Virus record (IMG/VR): IMGVR_UViG_3300021446_000141 | Location: 1-53,784 of that record | Direction: 5' to 3' (one strand) | Origin: a virus | Taxonomy: Duplodnaviria > Caudoviricetes | DNA: 53,784 bases | Shown: piece after piece, positions 16,766-25,787 of the stretch | How positions within the stretch are numbered: the first letter of the stretch is position 1 | Layout: each line of letters starts with the position of its first letter | Notes under the pieces: generated by a model | What the model was told of the DNA's origin: nothing | The model's database searches: none | Seen by the model: the letters and a program-made list of their open reading frames with translations, nothing else | Position numbers and translations under genes: made by a program

Positions 16766-17938
16766 ATGAACGAACCAGAAAAGCGCGAACGAACGGCAAC
16801 CAATACGACTATGAGTGAAACCACCGACGCGACGACCGACGCGGAGAACAGTGCAACCGAATACGGCCGAGAGCGAACGATTTACGGTAACCGGTTGGGT
16901 GTCAACCCCGAAGATGTTCCGCGGAAAACCGACCTTCAACCCAGCGACTTTGAAGGTGGCGACGTTTCCTTCGGGTGGGGCGGACAAATAGCGGATTCGA
17001 CAGTCAAAAAGACCGTCATCCGTGACTTCTACGACTTCGGTGAGTCGTGGGAGACCGTAAAAGCGGAGACTATCAGCACGGCCGAAAAGGCCTTTCATAG
17101 TGGCGCTATCGACAGATTCGAGCGCAACGGCCGTGAAACGCGCGAGCATTTCATGGATACCACCGACCGCGAACGTGAACAGCTAATCGCGTATGCGGTC
17201 GGCGTTCAATTCGCGTCCTATCGGTGCGAGGAGGCGAGGCTCGCGTCAATAGTGCGGAATACAGAGGGTACGGGCCTTAACGCGGCCAAACAGATTGTCC
17301 GTAAAAGCCCCAAAGGGGGCCAAACATTCCCCCTATTAACGGACATGATTCAGTCCGCCCAACACGTCACACTGGCGAACATTCTTGTTGAAGAAGGTGC
17401 AGAAAGCGCGCGCCAGTATGCGATTGAAAACATAAGCGGTATGAGCGAACGCAAAGCGGGCTTTTGGCTCATGCTATTGGGTTTCGGCGAATCGTTCGCG
17501 CTCGACGTGAACGTTCGCGCGATCATTACCCCATACGTTCAAAAAGTCGTGAACATCGCGCCGGACTCAATCGACGCATGCCAGAAATGCAGAAACGCCT
17601 GCATGAATGACAAAAACGACAACCCGAGGATAGACGGCCCGTCAAACAAGATCGAAAACGGGTGGTATGCCGAACCCGGCATTTACGCCCGCAACCGGTC
17701 TTATTTGGGGTATCATATGATTGACCATGTTGGCGAACATGGTCACGGAGCCGAACAATATGCGGATTTGATCATTCGGTTCTTCCGTAACGAACTCGAC
17801 AAAGATTTGAGTCGTCGGACCGCGACTCAAATCATGTTCAATTCGGGTATGTCGTTCACGGAATCGGCGTCGAATGAAGCGCCGAACCGTGATGAAAAAT
17901 TCTACACCCACCAATACTTTTACGACGCAGTTCTATGA
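16766..17938 (+). CDS. HhH-superfamily glycosylase-like protein (divergent, 390 aa)
   Basis: ISGMSERKAGFWLMLLGF...ALDVNV parallels the motif in 6402-7103; start may be 16811. Confidence 0.6.
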   Translation: MNEPEKRERTATNTTMSETTDATTDAENSATEYGRERTIYGNRLGVNPEDVPRKTDLQPSDFEGGDVSFGWGGQIADSTVKKTVIRDFYDFGESWETVKAETISTAEKAFHSGAIDRFERNGRETREHFMDTTDREREQLIAYAVGVQFASYRCEEARLASIVRNTEGTGLNAAKQIVRKSPKGGQTFPLLTDMIQSAQHVTLANILVEEGAESARQYAIENISGMSERKAGFWLMLLGFGESFALDVNVRAIITPYVQKVVNIAPDSIDACQKCRNACMNDKNDNPRIDGPSNKIENGWYAEPGIYARNRSYLGYHMIDHVGEHGHGAEQYADLIIRFFRNELDKDLSRRTATQIMFNSGMSFTESASNEAPNRDEKFYTHQYFYDAVL

Positions 17939-17989
17939 ATTGAAGTCGCAATCTTTTGTTTTTTCGACAGATTAATTCCTCATGGTCTT

Positions 17990-18730
17990 CCATGATATAG
18001 TTGCGGTCAGACTCTGCCACCTACGACGAAAACTATCCCATTGACGACCGTGACATACCTTTCGTCGGACTCTCACGACTGTGACGAAACTATACCAGTA
18101 ACGACCGTGACATAGTTTTGCGCGAAGGTGACTGAGTGTGATGAGAGGTATGTCATGCACGTTCATGAAGAACTTCGTTTTGCAGTGTGCTGGGTGTGTC
18201 GAGAAGTGTGTCATTGAAGTTCATGACATAGTTCGTACCGCAGCCAAAACCCCCTGAATTAACCCCCAGGGGGTAGGGTTGATTTCACAGGGTCAGCCAA
18301 GTTTATTTAGGGGTGGGGCAGCAGTTTTTTAAATATACAAGATGTCAGATCGCTTACAATAGAGCGCGGACTGAATCTAAAAATCTGAGGTGATACACGT
18401 CGAGATTTACCCCTTTATAAGGACCCATACGTACCCGTACGGTCGGATTTCGCCCGGTCTGGTCCGACCCAAGCCCGTGCGGTCGGATTTCGCCCAATCT
18501 GGTCCAATTCGCCCCAGTATGGTCAGACCAGGCCTCGTACGGTCAGACAAAGCCCTCTCGGGCCACAGGGAACACACGCGCACAGTCAGACTCAACAGGG
18601 TACGGCCGGACACAGCCAAGTACGGTTGTACCCTGATTTCGATCTCAGGCCGGCTCAGTCCACTCACAGTAGATTTGGTGCGACCACAAGAGGTAGCCAT
18701 CGTATCAGACCAAGAACAGCGTGAGCGCCA
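17990..18730. repeat. non-coding repeat cluster (candidate origin/terminus region)
   Basis: ~58-bp-period repeat (18025-18057 / 18083-18114), clustered TGACA/TGTCA, AT-rich patch ~18300-18420, 20-bp-period GGTC array 18441-18580. Confidence 0.65.
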
Positions 18731-19032
18731 TCTCAACGCCTCTGAGAGAAACCTATTTAAAGTGGCCGAATCGGCGTAGCCAATTCGCCACATGCTCGGA
18801 GAATGGTCGGTAGATCATTCTCCGGCGGCAGCCACATCCGAATGGGTACAGCCGAAAGAGTTAAGTTGCGGTCGGACCTATATCAGGATGCCGTTAACAT
18901 GGCGATGGCAATCTGGTGCCACGGAGCCCAGTCTGGTGAACTGGGCTCTCTGTTTTTCCCGACGAAGCCGGTTCCCCTCTGGGGTCCGGTTTTGGGGGCG
19001 GGGATGGGGATGGTCGAGGACGGGGCCCGCGG

Positions 19033-19551
19033 TCACTGTTCTCTCAACGTGAGCGAGTCGATGTCATGGTTTGCTATCTCGTAGCACACCCCGTTCTCGC
19101 CCTGGAAGGTAAGGTCCTCGATTACACCCAGGGTGGTATTGCTCTGCTTCGAGTGGGTTTCCTCCGCAGCCACCTCGTAGTCCACCACGACCAGAACCCC
19201 GACCTCCCTCCGGACCTCCAGGGCCACCTTTCGGAAGAGACACTCCTGGTGACACTCGAAACAGATCTCGTGTTCGTGATAGGATTTGATCTGACGGGAC
19301 TTGCTCGGAATCCGGACGAACTCCGAGCATAACTGGCAGTAATACGCCTCGTCCCGGTCGACCTCGATCCCCTCCTCGATGTCCCGATGGGCCGTTTCGG
19401 CCGTATCCTTCATGGTTTCGGCCCGAGAGATGATCTCCTCCAACTCCTCGGCCGTTTCCTGGAGGGATTCCATGTTCCGTTCCTGTTCGAGTTCCTTTTC
19501 CTTTCGACGTACCTCCGCCTTCAGCCGCTCGATTTCCTCTCGTGTGGTCAT
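19033..19551 (-). CDS. coiled-coil plus Zn-finger protein
   Basis: MTTREEIERLKAEVRR coiled coil; CQLC...CFEC. Confidence 0.75.
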   Translation of the reverse strand: MTTREEIERLKAEVRRKEKELEQERNMESLQETAEELEEIISRAETMKDTAETAHRDIEEGIEVDRDEAYYCQLCSEFVRIPSKSRQIKSYHEHEICFECHQECLFRKVALEVRREVGVLVVVDYEVAAEETHSKQSNTTLGVIEDLTFQGENGVCYEIANHDIDSLTLREQ

Positions 19552-19558
19552 ACCTGAA

Positions 19559-19819
19559 TCAGTTGCGACCGGACAGTCTCGCATCGGCCCGACCCTGCTC
19601 GGCCGGCTCGATGGGTTCCCAGAGTTCGACCGCACGGATGTCGGGTCTGTGTCGAATATGTCCCTCCGCCACCAGGATTTCGACCCGTTCCTGCACATCT
19701 ATCATGGGTTCGTTCAGAGTGTGCCCAATGCCCTCGCACAGATGATCGACCTCCATCGTACCGGCCTTCAGTGCGACCACAATCATCTGGTCGATTACAC
19801 GATCCACATCTCGACTCAT
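19559..19819 (-). CDS. small winged-helix-like protein
   Basis: MEVDHLCEGI...VQERVEILVAEGHI pattern. Confidence 0.55.
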   Translation of the reverse strand: MSRDVDRVIDQMIVVALKAGTMEVDHLCEGIGHTLNEPMIDVQERVEILVAEGHIRHRPDIRAVELWEPIEPAEQGRADARLSGRN

Positions 19820-20192
19820 AGCGGACCAGGGCCTTGTACGGCCGGATAGGGGCCCCGTACGGCCAGACCCGGGCCGGGTACGATCCGATGGCACTCCCTG
19901 GGTTCAAACTGTATCCGTTTGGGATTCACAGTGATTCGTCCTGCCATACCTGGTCTACGTCTCGGTGACTGAAAACAGTTACGGACACACCCGACATCCG
20001 TCCCCGGCCCAAACACATCCCAGGGAATCAGGCCACACGAGTAGGGTTCCGGCCGTACCAGGCACGTACATGGCTGCACTGGTACTTGGCACCACACCAC
20101 CATGTACAATATGAGTGTGGTGGCACTGTACCTGTGCGGCCAAAAATGAATCGTTTGTGGCCCGATCCCTACTTCTATGGCCCGACGAGTGC

Positions 20193-21380
20193 CTACTCGA
20201 ACCGCACGATGGCGTGCCCGTCGATCTCCATCGAGTCCACGAAGCCGTCGTAGTTGTAGGCGTCCGCGCCCGAACCGACCTCTCCGGTCGCAGTGGACCC
20301 GTTGATGTAGTCGTTGTCGTTTTTGTTCGCTTCCTCGGTCGTGGTCTTTTCGAGCGAACCCGTGACCGAGAACTCGTACTGTGCCGCCGGACCTGTCCCT
20401 TCGATGATAATGGTTTTCATGTTTCCGTTTTGATTGTAGATTTCCGTCGCAACCGCTGCGTTCACCATACCGGCCTGCTGCCGGTAGGACGATTCGTCGA
20501 TGGGTTGGGCCGTGTCGAGGAGTTGTCGTTTGAGATCCTGACCGGTGAGGCCCATGGTCTCCTGTACGGCCGCAGCCACGCCAGCCGTGATGGGAGCAGC
20601 AGCCGAGGTCCCGCCAAAGTAGCGGTTATCCTCACCAGCCGGCTCGATCACGATGTTGGTGCCAGGTGCTGCCAGATCTATTGCCTCTCCGTAGTTGCTG
20701 AATCCGGCCAGTTCCATGTCACCCCCCTCGTTGAAGGGCTCCCGTACGGCCCCAACGGACAGACATTCGTCGTACACTCCCGGGTAGTTCCACTCGGCCG
20801 GGTCGTCCGTCTCGTTGTTTCCTGCGGACTGAATGATCAGCATGTCCTCGGAGACGGCCCGGTCGACCGCATCCCGCAGGCTCTGGGACTCGTACCTATG
20901 GTACCGCGAGACGTTCAGGATGTCACATCCGTCATCGATGGCTTGGTGAATCGCCTCGTCCAGGTCACTGTCCCACGATCGGTAAGCTCGGATCGGGGTG
21001 TTAATCACCCCGGACGCGTCCTGGTCGTTGTTAGTTTCGCCTGCGAGCGTAAGGGCCACCTGGTCCTCGTGGGTTACCTTGTCCCCACCATGACAGGGGC
21101 TGGTGTCGTCGCCCTTGAGATCATACCCCCCGACGTAGTTGTCGTCCAGTTCGTTGTCCTCACAGTCGATCGGATCGCCCATGATTCCGACCGTGACGCC
21201 CGCGTTGTAGCCGTGGTGTCTCCAGTACGGCTCCATCCCGACCGCCTCCTGGTGCCAGGCCTGGTACTGGGAGTACGTGGGATCGTTCGGTTCCTCGGAG
21301 TGGGCCGATCCGACCCCACTGAACGCGGTGAGGCCGAGCGATGCACCTGCCGCCGTAGCGAGATACTGTCTCCTGTTCAT
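20193..21380 (-). CDS. Tat-exported subtilase (S8 family), divergent
   Basis: MNRRQYL Tat signal; SAGN, YPG, FSNYG, DLAAPG and GTSAAAP motifs; C-terminal beta-rich domain. Confidence 0.85.
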   Translation of the reverse strand: MNRRQYLATAAGASLGLTAFSGVGSAHSEEPNDPTYSQYQAWHQEAVGMEPYWRHHGYNAGVTVGIMGDPIDCEDNELDDNYVGGYDLKGDDTSPCHGGDKVTHEDQVALTLAGETNNDQDASGVINTPIRAYRSWDSDLDEAIHQAIDDGCDILNVSRYHRYESQSLRDAVDRAVSEDMLIIQSAGNNETDDPAEWNYPGVYDECLSVGAVREPFNEGGDMELAGFSNYGEAIDLAAPGTNIVIEPAGEDNRYFGGTSAAAPITAGVAAAVQETMGLTGQDLKRQLLDTAQPIDESSYRQQAGMVNAAVATEIYNQNGNMKTIIIEGTGPAAQYEFSVTGSLEKTTTEEANKNDNDYINGSTATGEVGSGADAYNYDGFVDSMEIDGHAIVRFE

Positions 21381-21804
21381 GCTCCGTGTGTCACACCTGG
21401 GGTACGTCCTCCCAACAGAAAAAACTTACGGCCGTAGAGGGTGTGATCTGACCACACCTGGCAGGGTCTGGCCGGACGGGTATCGTCCGACCACACGAGA
21501 TACATGTATGGTGGTACGGTATTGCATACCAAACTACCAACAACAAATAGTTGCGGCCAGAACCGTCTTGGTATGAGATGACCTTACCCGTACGACCAAA
21601 AGAGTGCGCGCTGCCTGGTGTGCTCGTATAGAAACCTTGTCAGGCCATACCAGTGGTCAGCACGGCCATATGAAGACCGGTACGGCCAGACCAGGCCTCG
21701 TTCTACCGCACCAGGAACCTAGTGGGACCGCACCCAGACCCGGGTGTAACCACACCAGTACCTGGTGCTATCAAACGTAGAATAATTCGGTCATATCTAT
21801 GGCC

Positions 21805-22317
21805 GGGTGCGGTCAAATCCCATGGGTACTGTTGAACTCCTCGGATACTGCGGGAGACCGCCGACCTGGTGTGTTACCAGTGAATGACAGTCGTAAAACG
21901 ACTGTCCTTGCCGTATGGAAGTCGCACAGCGACTTCCAGAGCCTGGCTGTTGCTGGCCAATCAATTCTCCCTCTCCAAAACGACCCAGCGGGTTGCTACC
22001 CCAACACTGGTACGGAGGTCGACCAAAACTATGGAAATCTCCGAACTGGTACGGTCGAACCACCGCCGGCCGTTCCGGAACCAATCCTCTGCCGTGCTGA
22101 AGGACCCACCACGGTCCTTTCCCAGCACGATCTCTTGGGCTACCACAGTTCGTATAGGGACGTTCAATCCCTTGCCGTCTCCGTTGTCATCTCTCATCTC
22201 CTCAACCGACCCACCGGGGTCGACCTCTTTCAAACATGAGAGATAGTACCGGACCAGTTTTCATCTAACTGTGGTAGAACAATTACCTGTTGAGCTTCCC
22301 CCACTGCGACCGCACCC
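21805..22317 (-). ncRNA. putative ~513-nt structured non-coding RNA, copy 2 (complete)
   Basis: 10-bp terminal helix 21805-14/22308-17; 11-bp helix 22140-50/22267-77; several more hairpins; own promoter; paralog at window start; no credible ORF. Confidence 0.75.
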
Positions 22318-22335
22318 CCAGCTTTGCTGGCCAGG

Positions 22336-22402
22336 TACTTAACTCTTTCGGCTCTTGAAATGGTAACGTTTCACATGAGACCTGTACCAAAAGACTTAAG
22401 TG
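22336..22402. promoter_or_regulatory. divergent BRE-TATA promoter pair
   Basis: Minus strand CCGAAAGAGTTAAGTA (22336-22351) faces the ncRNA; plus strand CAAAAGACTTAAGTG (22388-22402) faces the morphogenesis operon. Confidence 0.75.
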
Positions 22403-22488
22403 CCTCTGGGCCAAAGGTTCGATCGCCGGGCGAAACAGTTTTGCTTTGCTCACATCCGTGGAACTTTCTCCACGGTATTCGGTCGCTG

Positions 22489-23154
22489 ATGTCTACGCAT
22501 CTGAATTGGTCTGACTACAGTCCTCCTGATACGACTGGATCTGATCCTGTTCGTGTGGAGGAATCCCATGGTGACGCTACCATAGATCGCAGTCCATCCA
22601 GCGGGTCGCTTTCGGAAGAGCAGTGTTTCAACGACCGGATGTCGTACAGCCCGAACGATGGACGATCCTCGACCCGGACCACCTTCTACGCAGATGACTC
22701 CTCGGTCGACATGACGCCCCGCCAACGGGAACAGTACAGACGTTTGGCCAAATGGAACGATGACCAGTACGCGCCCGATCGGTCGATCCGGAACCTCGAC
22801 GCTAACAAGGAACGGTTCGCGCACACATGCGCCAATGCACTCGAACTTTGCGAGTATCAGCGCGACCGGGTGATCCACATCGTGAACGACATCGACTTCT
22901 CGAAGTACAACCCGGCGGGGCTGCGGTACGAGGAGGTCATCCTCTGTATCATCTCGCTCGTAATGTACGAGGAGGAGGGCCCCAGCTTCGAGGGGACCAT
23001 CCGCGACTGGTTCCGCGAGCAGGCCCAGGTCCATGACATGCTGGATGGGTCCCGACGTGGCAAGGTTAACAAGACGAAAATGGCGGATTTCTGGACGGCA
23101 CGTCAACATCTGCTGCGGAACACGGATCATTTCGATACACAGGAAATCTCATAA
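22489..23154 (+). CDS. TFB/cyclin-fold-like factor (resembles haloarchaeal proteins annotated RNA polymerase subunit epsilon)
   Basis: YRRLAKWN...DRSIRNL...HTCANALELCEYQRDRVIHIV...EEVILCII resembles the TFB B-linker plus first cyclin repeat. Confidence 0.6.
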   Translation: MSTHLNWSDYSPPDTTGSDPVRVEESHGDATIDRSPSSGSLSEEQCFNDRMSYSPNDGRSSTRTTFYADDSSVDMTPRQREQYRRLAKWNDDQYAPDRSIRNLDANKERFAHTCANALELCEYQRDRVIHIVNDIDFSKYNPAGLRYEEVILCIISLVMYEEEGPSFEGTIRDWFREQAQVHDMLDGSRRGKVNKTKMADFWTARQHLLRNTDHFDTQEIS

Positions 23155-23158
23155 CAAA

Positions 23159-24037
23159 ATGGTAAGCGACAAACCACAACCCGGACGGTGCGGTGCGAAG
23201 TGTAGGGATCGGGTCGGAATTGAGGTCTATTCGACCGACGTGAACAGTAGTGTGCCCTGGACCGAGGAGGAGATCGAGCGGATGTGGATGGTCGACCAGG
23301 AGGAGGCCGAGGAACCCGGCAAACTCGAACGGGTCGAGGTAGAACCGGAGTACCAGGAGGCCCGTGAGTACCGATGGGAGGACTGGGTGGTGTCGGACAT
23401 CGAACTGGATGATGGTGAACGCCTCCGGTTCCGGCCGGACGATGACGACTGGCCGCCATATATGAAGTGGTCTACCATGGAGGTCCAGGGACACTGCGAG
23501 AAGTTCCCCTCGCGTGCGACCGACAGTAGTCGTTGTTACATCCATGACGGGCCGGAAGATTCGTTTGACGAGGAGGACCGTTCACGCGGAGGGAAGAACT
23601 CTTCGGGTGGTAATGCGATGAAGCACGGTCTGTACGCACAGCGCGGGAACTACTACCAGTCGGTCTCGAACGAGGACAAACGGTGGATCGACGGTATGGT
23701 GGACTCCTGGGTCGAGAACGCTCCCTTCACGCGGGACAACGACGCCAAGGTCAACAAGCTGTTCCAGGTGGCGGTCGACGAGCACAAGATGTGGCGAGCG
23801 AACAACTACTTTGCCGAGGACGAGAACGACCTCGTGGAGTACGAGCCTTCCTATGACGCCGAGGGCAACTATGTGGGCGACGAGGCCGTGGAGAGTCCGA
23901 TGAACCTGGTATACGACCGCATGGCACGGACTAACATGACCATGTTGAAGGACCTCGGGGTACTGGAGGACCCGGAGTCCCAGCAGGCCGAGGCCACTGA
24001 GTCCCTCGCACAGAAACTATCGGGTGGTGGAGAATAG
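23159..24037 (+). CDS. terS: terminase small subunit (probable)
   Basis: RCGAK...RCYIHDG...GNAMKHGLYA motifs; position upstream of TerL. Confidence 0.7.
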   Translation: MVSDKPQPGRCGAKCRDRVGIEVYSTDVNSSVPWTEEEIERMWMVDQEEAEEPGKLERVEVEPEYQEAREYRWEDWVVSDIELDDGERLRFRPDDDDWPPYMKWSTMEVQGHCEKFPSRATDSSRCYIHDGPEDSFDEEDRSRGGKNSSGGNAMKHGLYAQRGNYYQSVSNEDKRWIDGMVDSWVENAPFTRDNDAKVNKLFQVAVDEHKMWRANNYFAEDENDLVEYEPSYDAEGNYVGDEAVESPMNLVYDRMARTNMTMLKDLGVLEDPESQQAEATESLAQKLSGGGE

Positions 24038-24396
24038 TGCTTCCGAAAGTAACGGAGTTCTCCGGAGGGTACTACCTCGTGGAGGACGTGTACCTCGAAC
24101 CCGACGGGAACGTGCGCCGGCCATCGGTGGAGCCCGCCTTCTACCGGTATCTTCGGGAGGACGTGTACGGGGGTCGGGAGATACCGATTACCGTAAAGTA
24201 CAACGATACCCACTTCGAGCTACATCCGGCTGAGGGCGTGCCGATCGACTCGATCGCTGTGCCCCCTGGGGTGCTCGATCGGTTCGGAGAGGTGGCCCCG
24301 GGCGACGGCACGGTCTTGCTGGCGAGGCCGAGGTCCTCGTACCGTATCGAGCAGATGCGGGCGTACTCGGGCTTCTCTCATGTCGACCCAAACTGA
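24037..24396 (+). CDS. DUF5802-like haloarchaeal protein
   Basis: EFSGGYYL...EP...HFELHP..GVP..SIAVP pattern, recalled from memory and not searched. Confidence 0.55.
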   Translation: MLPKVTEFSGGYYLVEDVYLEPDGNVRRPSVEPAFYRYLREDVYGGREIPITVKYNDTHFELHPAEGVPIDSIAVPPGVLDRFGEVAPGDGTVLLARPRSSYRIEQMRAYSGFSHVDPN

Positions 24397-25699
24397 TTCC
24401 CCTGACGAGGGCACGCTGCGGAACAAACCCTCGGCGTTCGTCAAGAGCGTGGTAGGTGCGGACCCCTTCTGGTACCAGGAGGACATAATGGACGCCGACT
24501 CGGACCGCAAGGTCTTTCGTGCGGGCCGACAGGTCGGTAAGTCCCGTGTAGCCTCCTGGATCGGGCTGCACCAGGCAGTCACCAATTCGGATGTAGACGT
24601 GCTGATTACGGCGGATGCCCAGCGCCAGTCCTCGGAACTGTTCGCCCAGGTGAAAAAGGAGATGTCCATGTCGAACTTCACGGAGGACGACTGGGGGGTC
24701 ACCCGGGACACTGCCACCATGATGGAGTTCGATAACGGCTCACGGATCATCTGCCTCCCGACGGGTCGAGACGGCCAGAAGATTCGGAACTACGCGGCCG
24801 ACCTCATTATCGTGGACGAGGCTGCCTTCATCGACGACACCATCTACGAGGACGTGCTCGAACCGATGACGTTCGTGACGGACGGGACCATGATCCTGTG
24901 TTCGACCCCGTGGGGCCAGAGCGGGTATTTCTACGACAAAGCAAACCACCCTGACTGGTACGAGGTCCACGTCTCGTCGTACGACAATCCTGAGATTTCC
25001 GATGAGAAGATCGAGACGTTCAAAGAGGGCAAGTCTCACGCGACTATCCAGCAGGAGGTCGAGGGCAAGTTCGTCCCCGAGGCGGATAACTTCTTCGACC
25101 CGGACCTGGTACGGGATGTGGTCGGAACCGAGGACGGTACGCCCGTACGGTTCGAGGGCGAGGAGGTCTATCTCGGGGTCGATCCGGCCGACTCGGGTAT
25201 GGACGACACGGCCCTTGTACTGATGGACGATGACGGAAACGTGTTCGACATCGAACACCATCAGCAGATGAAACTACACCAGGGCAAGGAACGTATCAAG
25301 GCCCTGGATCGTAACTACAACTTCGATGAGATCGTGATGGACAAGACCGGTCTCGGGAAGGGTCCTGTCCGGGACCTGGAACACAAGATTGGCTCCTCGG
25401 TGAAGGGGATCAAGTTCACGGTCCCGAAGAAACAGGACATGTACCAAACTCTCAAATTCGATATGGAACAGGACAACCTGACGATCCAGAACCATGACGA
25501 GCTACGGACACAACTGAACAACATGACGGGAGACAAGACCCGATCGGGCCGATACAAGATCCATGCGGGGTCGGGGAGCGATGACCTGGTGGACGCCCTC
25601 GTGTTGGCGAACTACCATGCCGATACGGAGGGATCTCGTGGAATGGCCCGGAACGCGGCCACTGGTGCGCGGTTTATGGGATCGCTTCGAGAACTATGA
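24380..25699 (+). CDS. terL: terminase large subunit
   Basis: Walker A GRQVGKS, Walker B IIVDEAAF, STP motif, nuclease GVDPA...DDLVDA. Confidence 0.95.
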   Translation: MSTQTDSPDEGTLRNKPSAFVKSVVGADPFWYQEDIMDADSDRKVFRAGRQVGKSRVASWIGLHQAVTNSDVDVLITADAQRQSSELFAQVKKEMSMSNFTEDDWGVTRDTATMMEFDNGSRIICLPTGRDGQKIRNYAADLIIVDEAAFIDDTIYEDVLEPMTFVTDGTMILCSTPWGQSGYFYDKANHPDWYEVHVSSYDNPEISDEKIETFKEGKSHATIQQEVEGKFVPEADNFFDPDLVRDVVGTEDGTPVRFEGEEVYLGVDPADSGMDDTALVLMDDDGNVFDIEHHQQMKLHQGKERIKALDRNYNFDEIVMDKTGLGKGPVRDLEHKIGSSVKGIKFTVPKKQDMYQTLKFDMEQDNLTIQNHDELRTQLNNMTGDKTRSGRYKIHAGSGSDDLVDALVLANYHADTEGSRGMARNAATGARFMGSLREL

Positions 25700-25787
25700 A
25701 GCATGTGAACTGTTCTCACCCGGTCAGTTATTACGCCTTTAATAGAGACGTTTCGCTCGCACTTCGGCCACTTTCCACCACACCCAA

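Noticed and set aside
21797-22246. ORFs 21799-22239, 21884-22246, 21961-22233 and 21797-22084
   Set aside because: They lack the strongly acidic composition or a promoter-aligned start, and the paralogous copy has small indels relative to this one. Structure explains the conservation better.
21805-22317. Group II intron, retron or RNase P identity for the structured element
   Set aside because: The GUGCG-like start is part of the terminal helix. No convincing domain V on that strand, no reverse transcriptase nearby, and no RNase P P4 signature.
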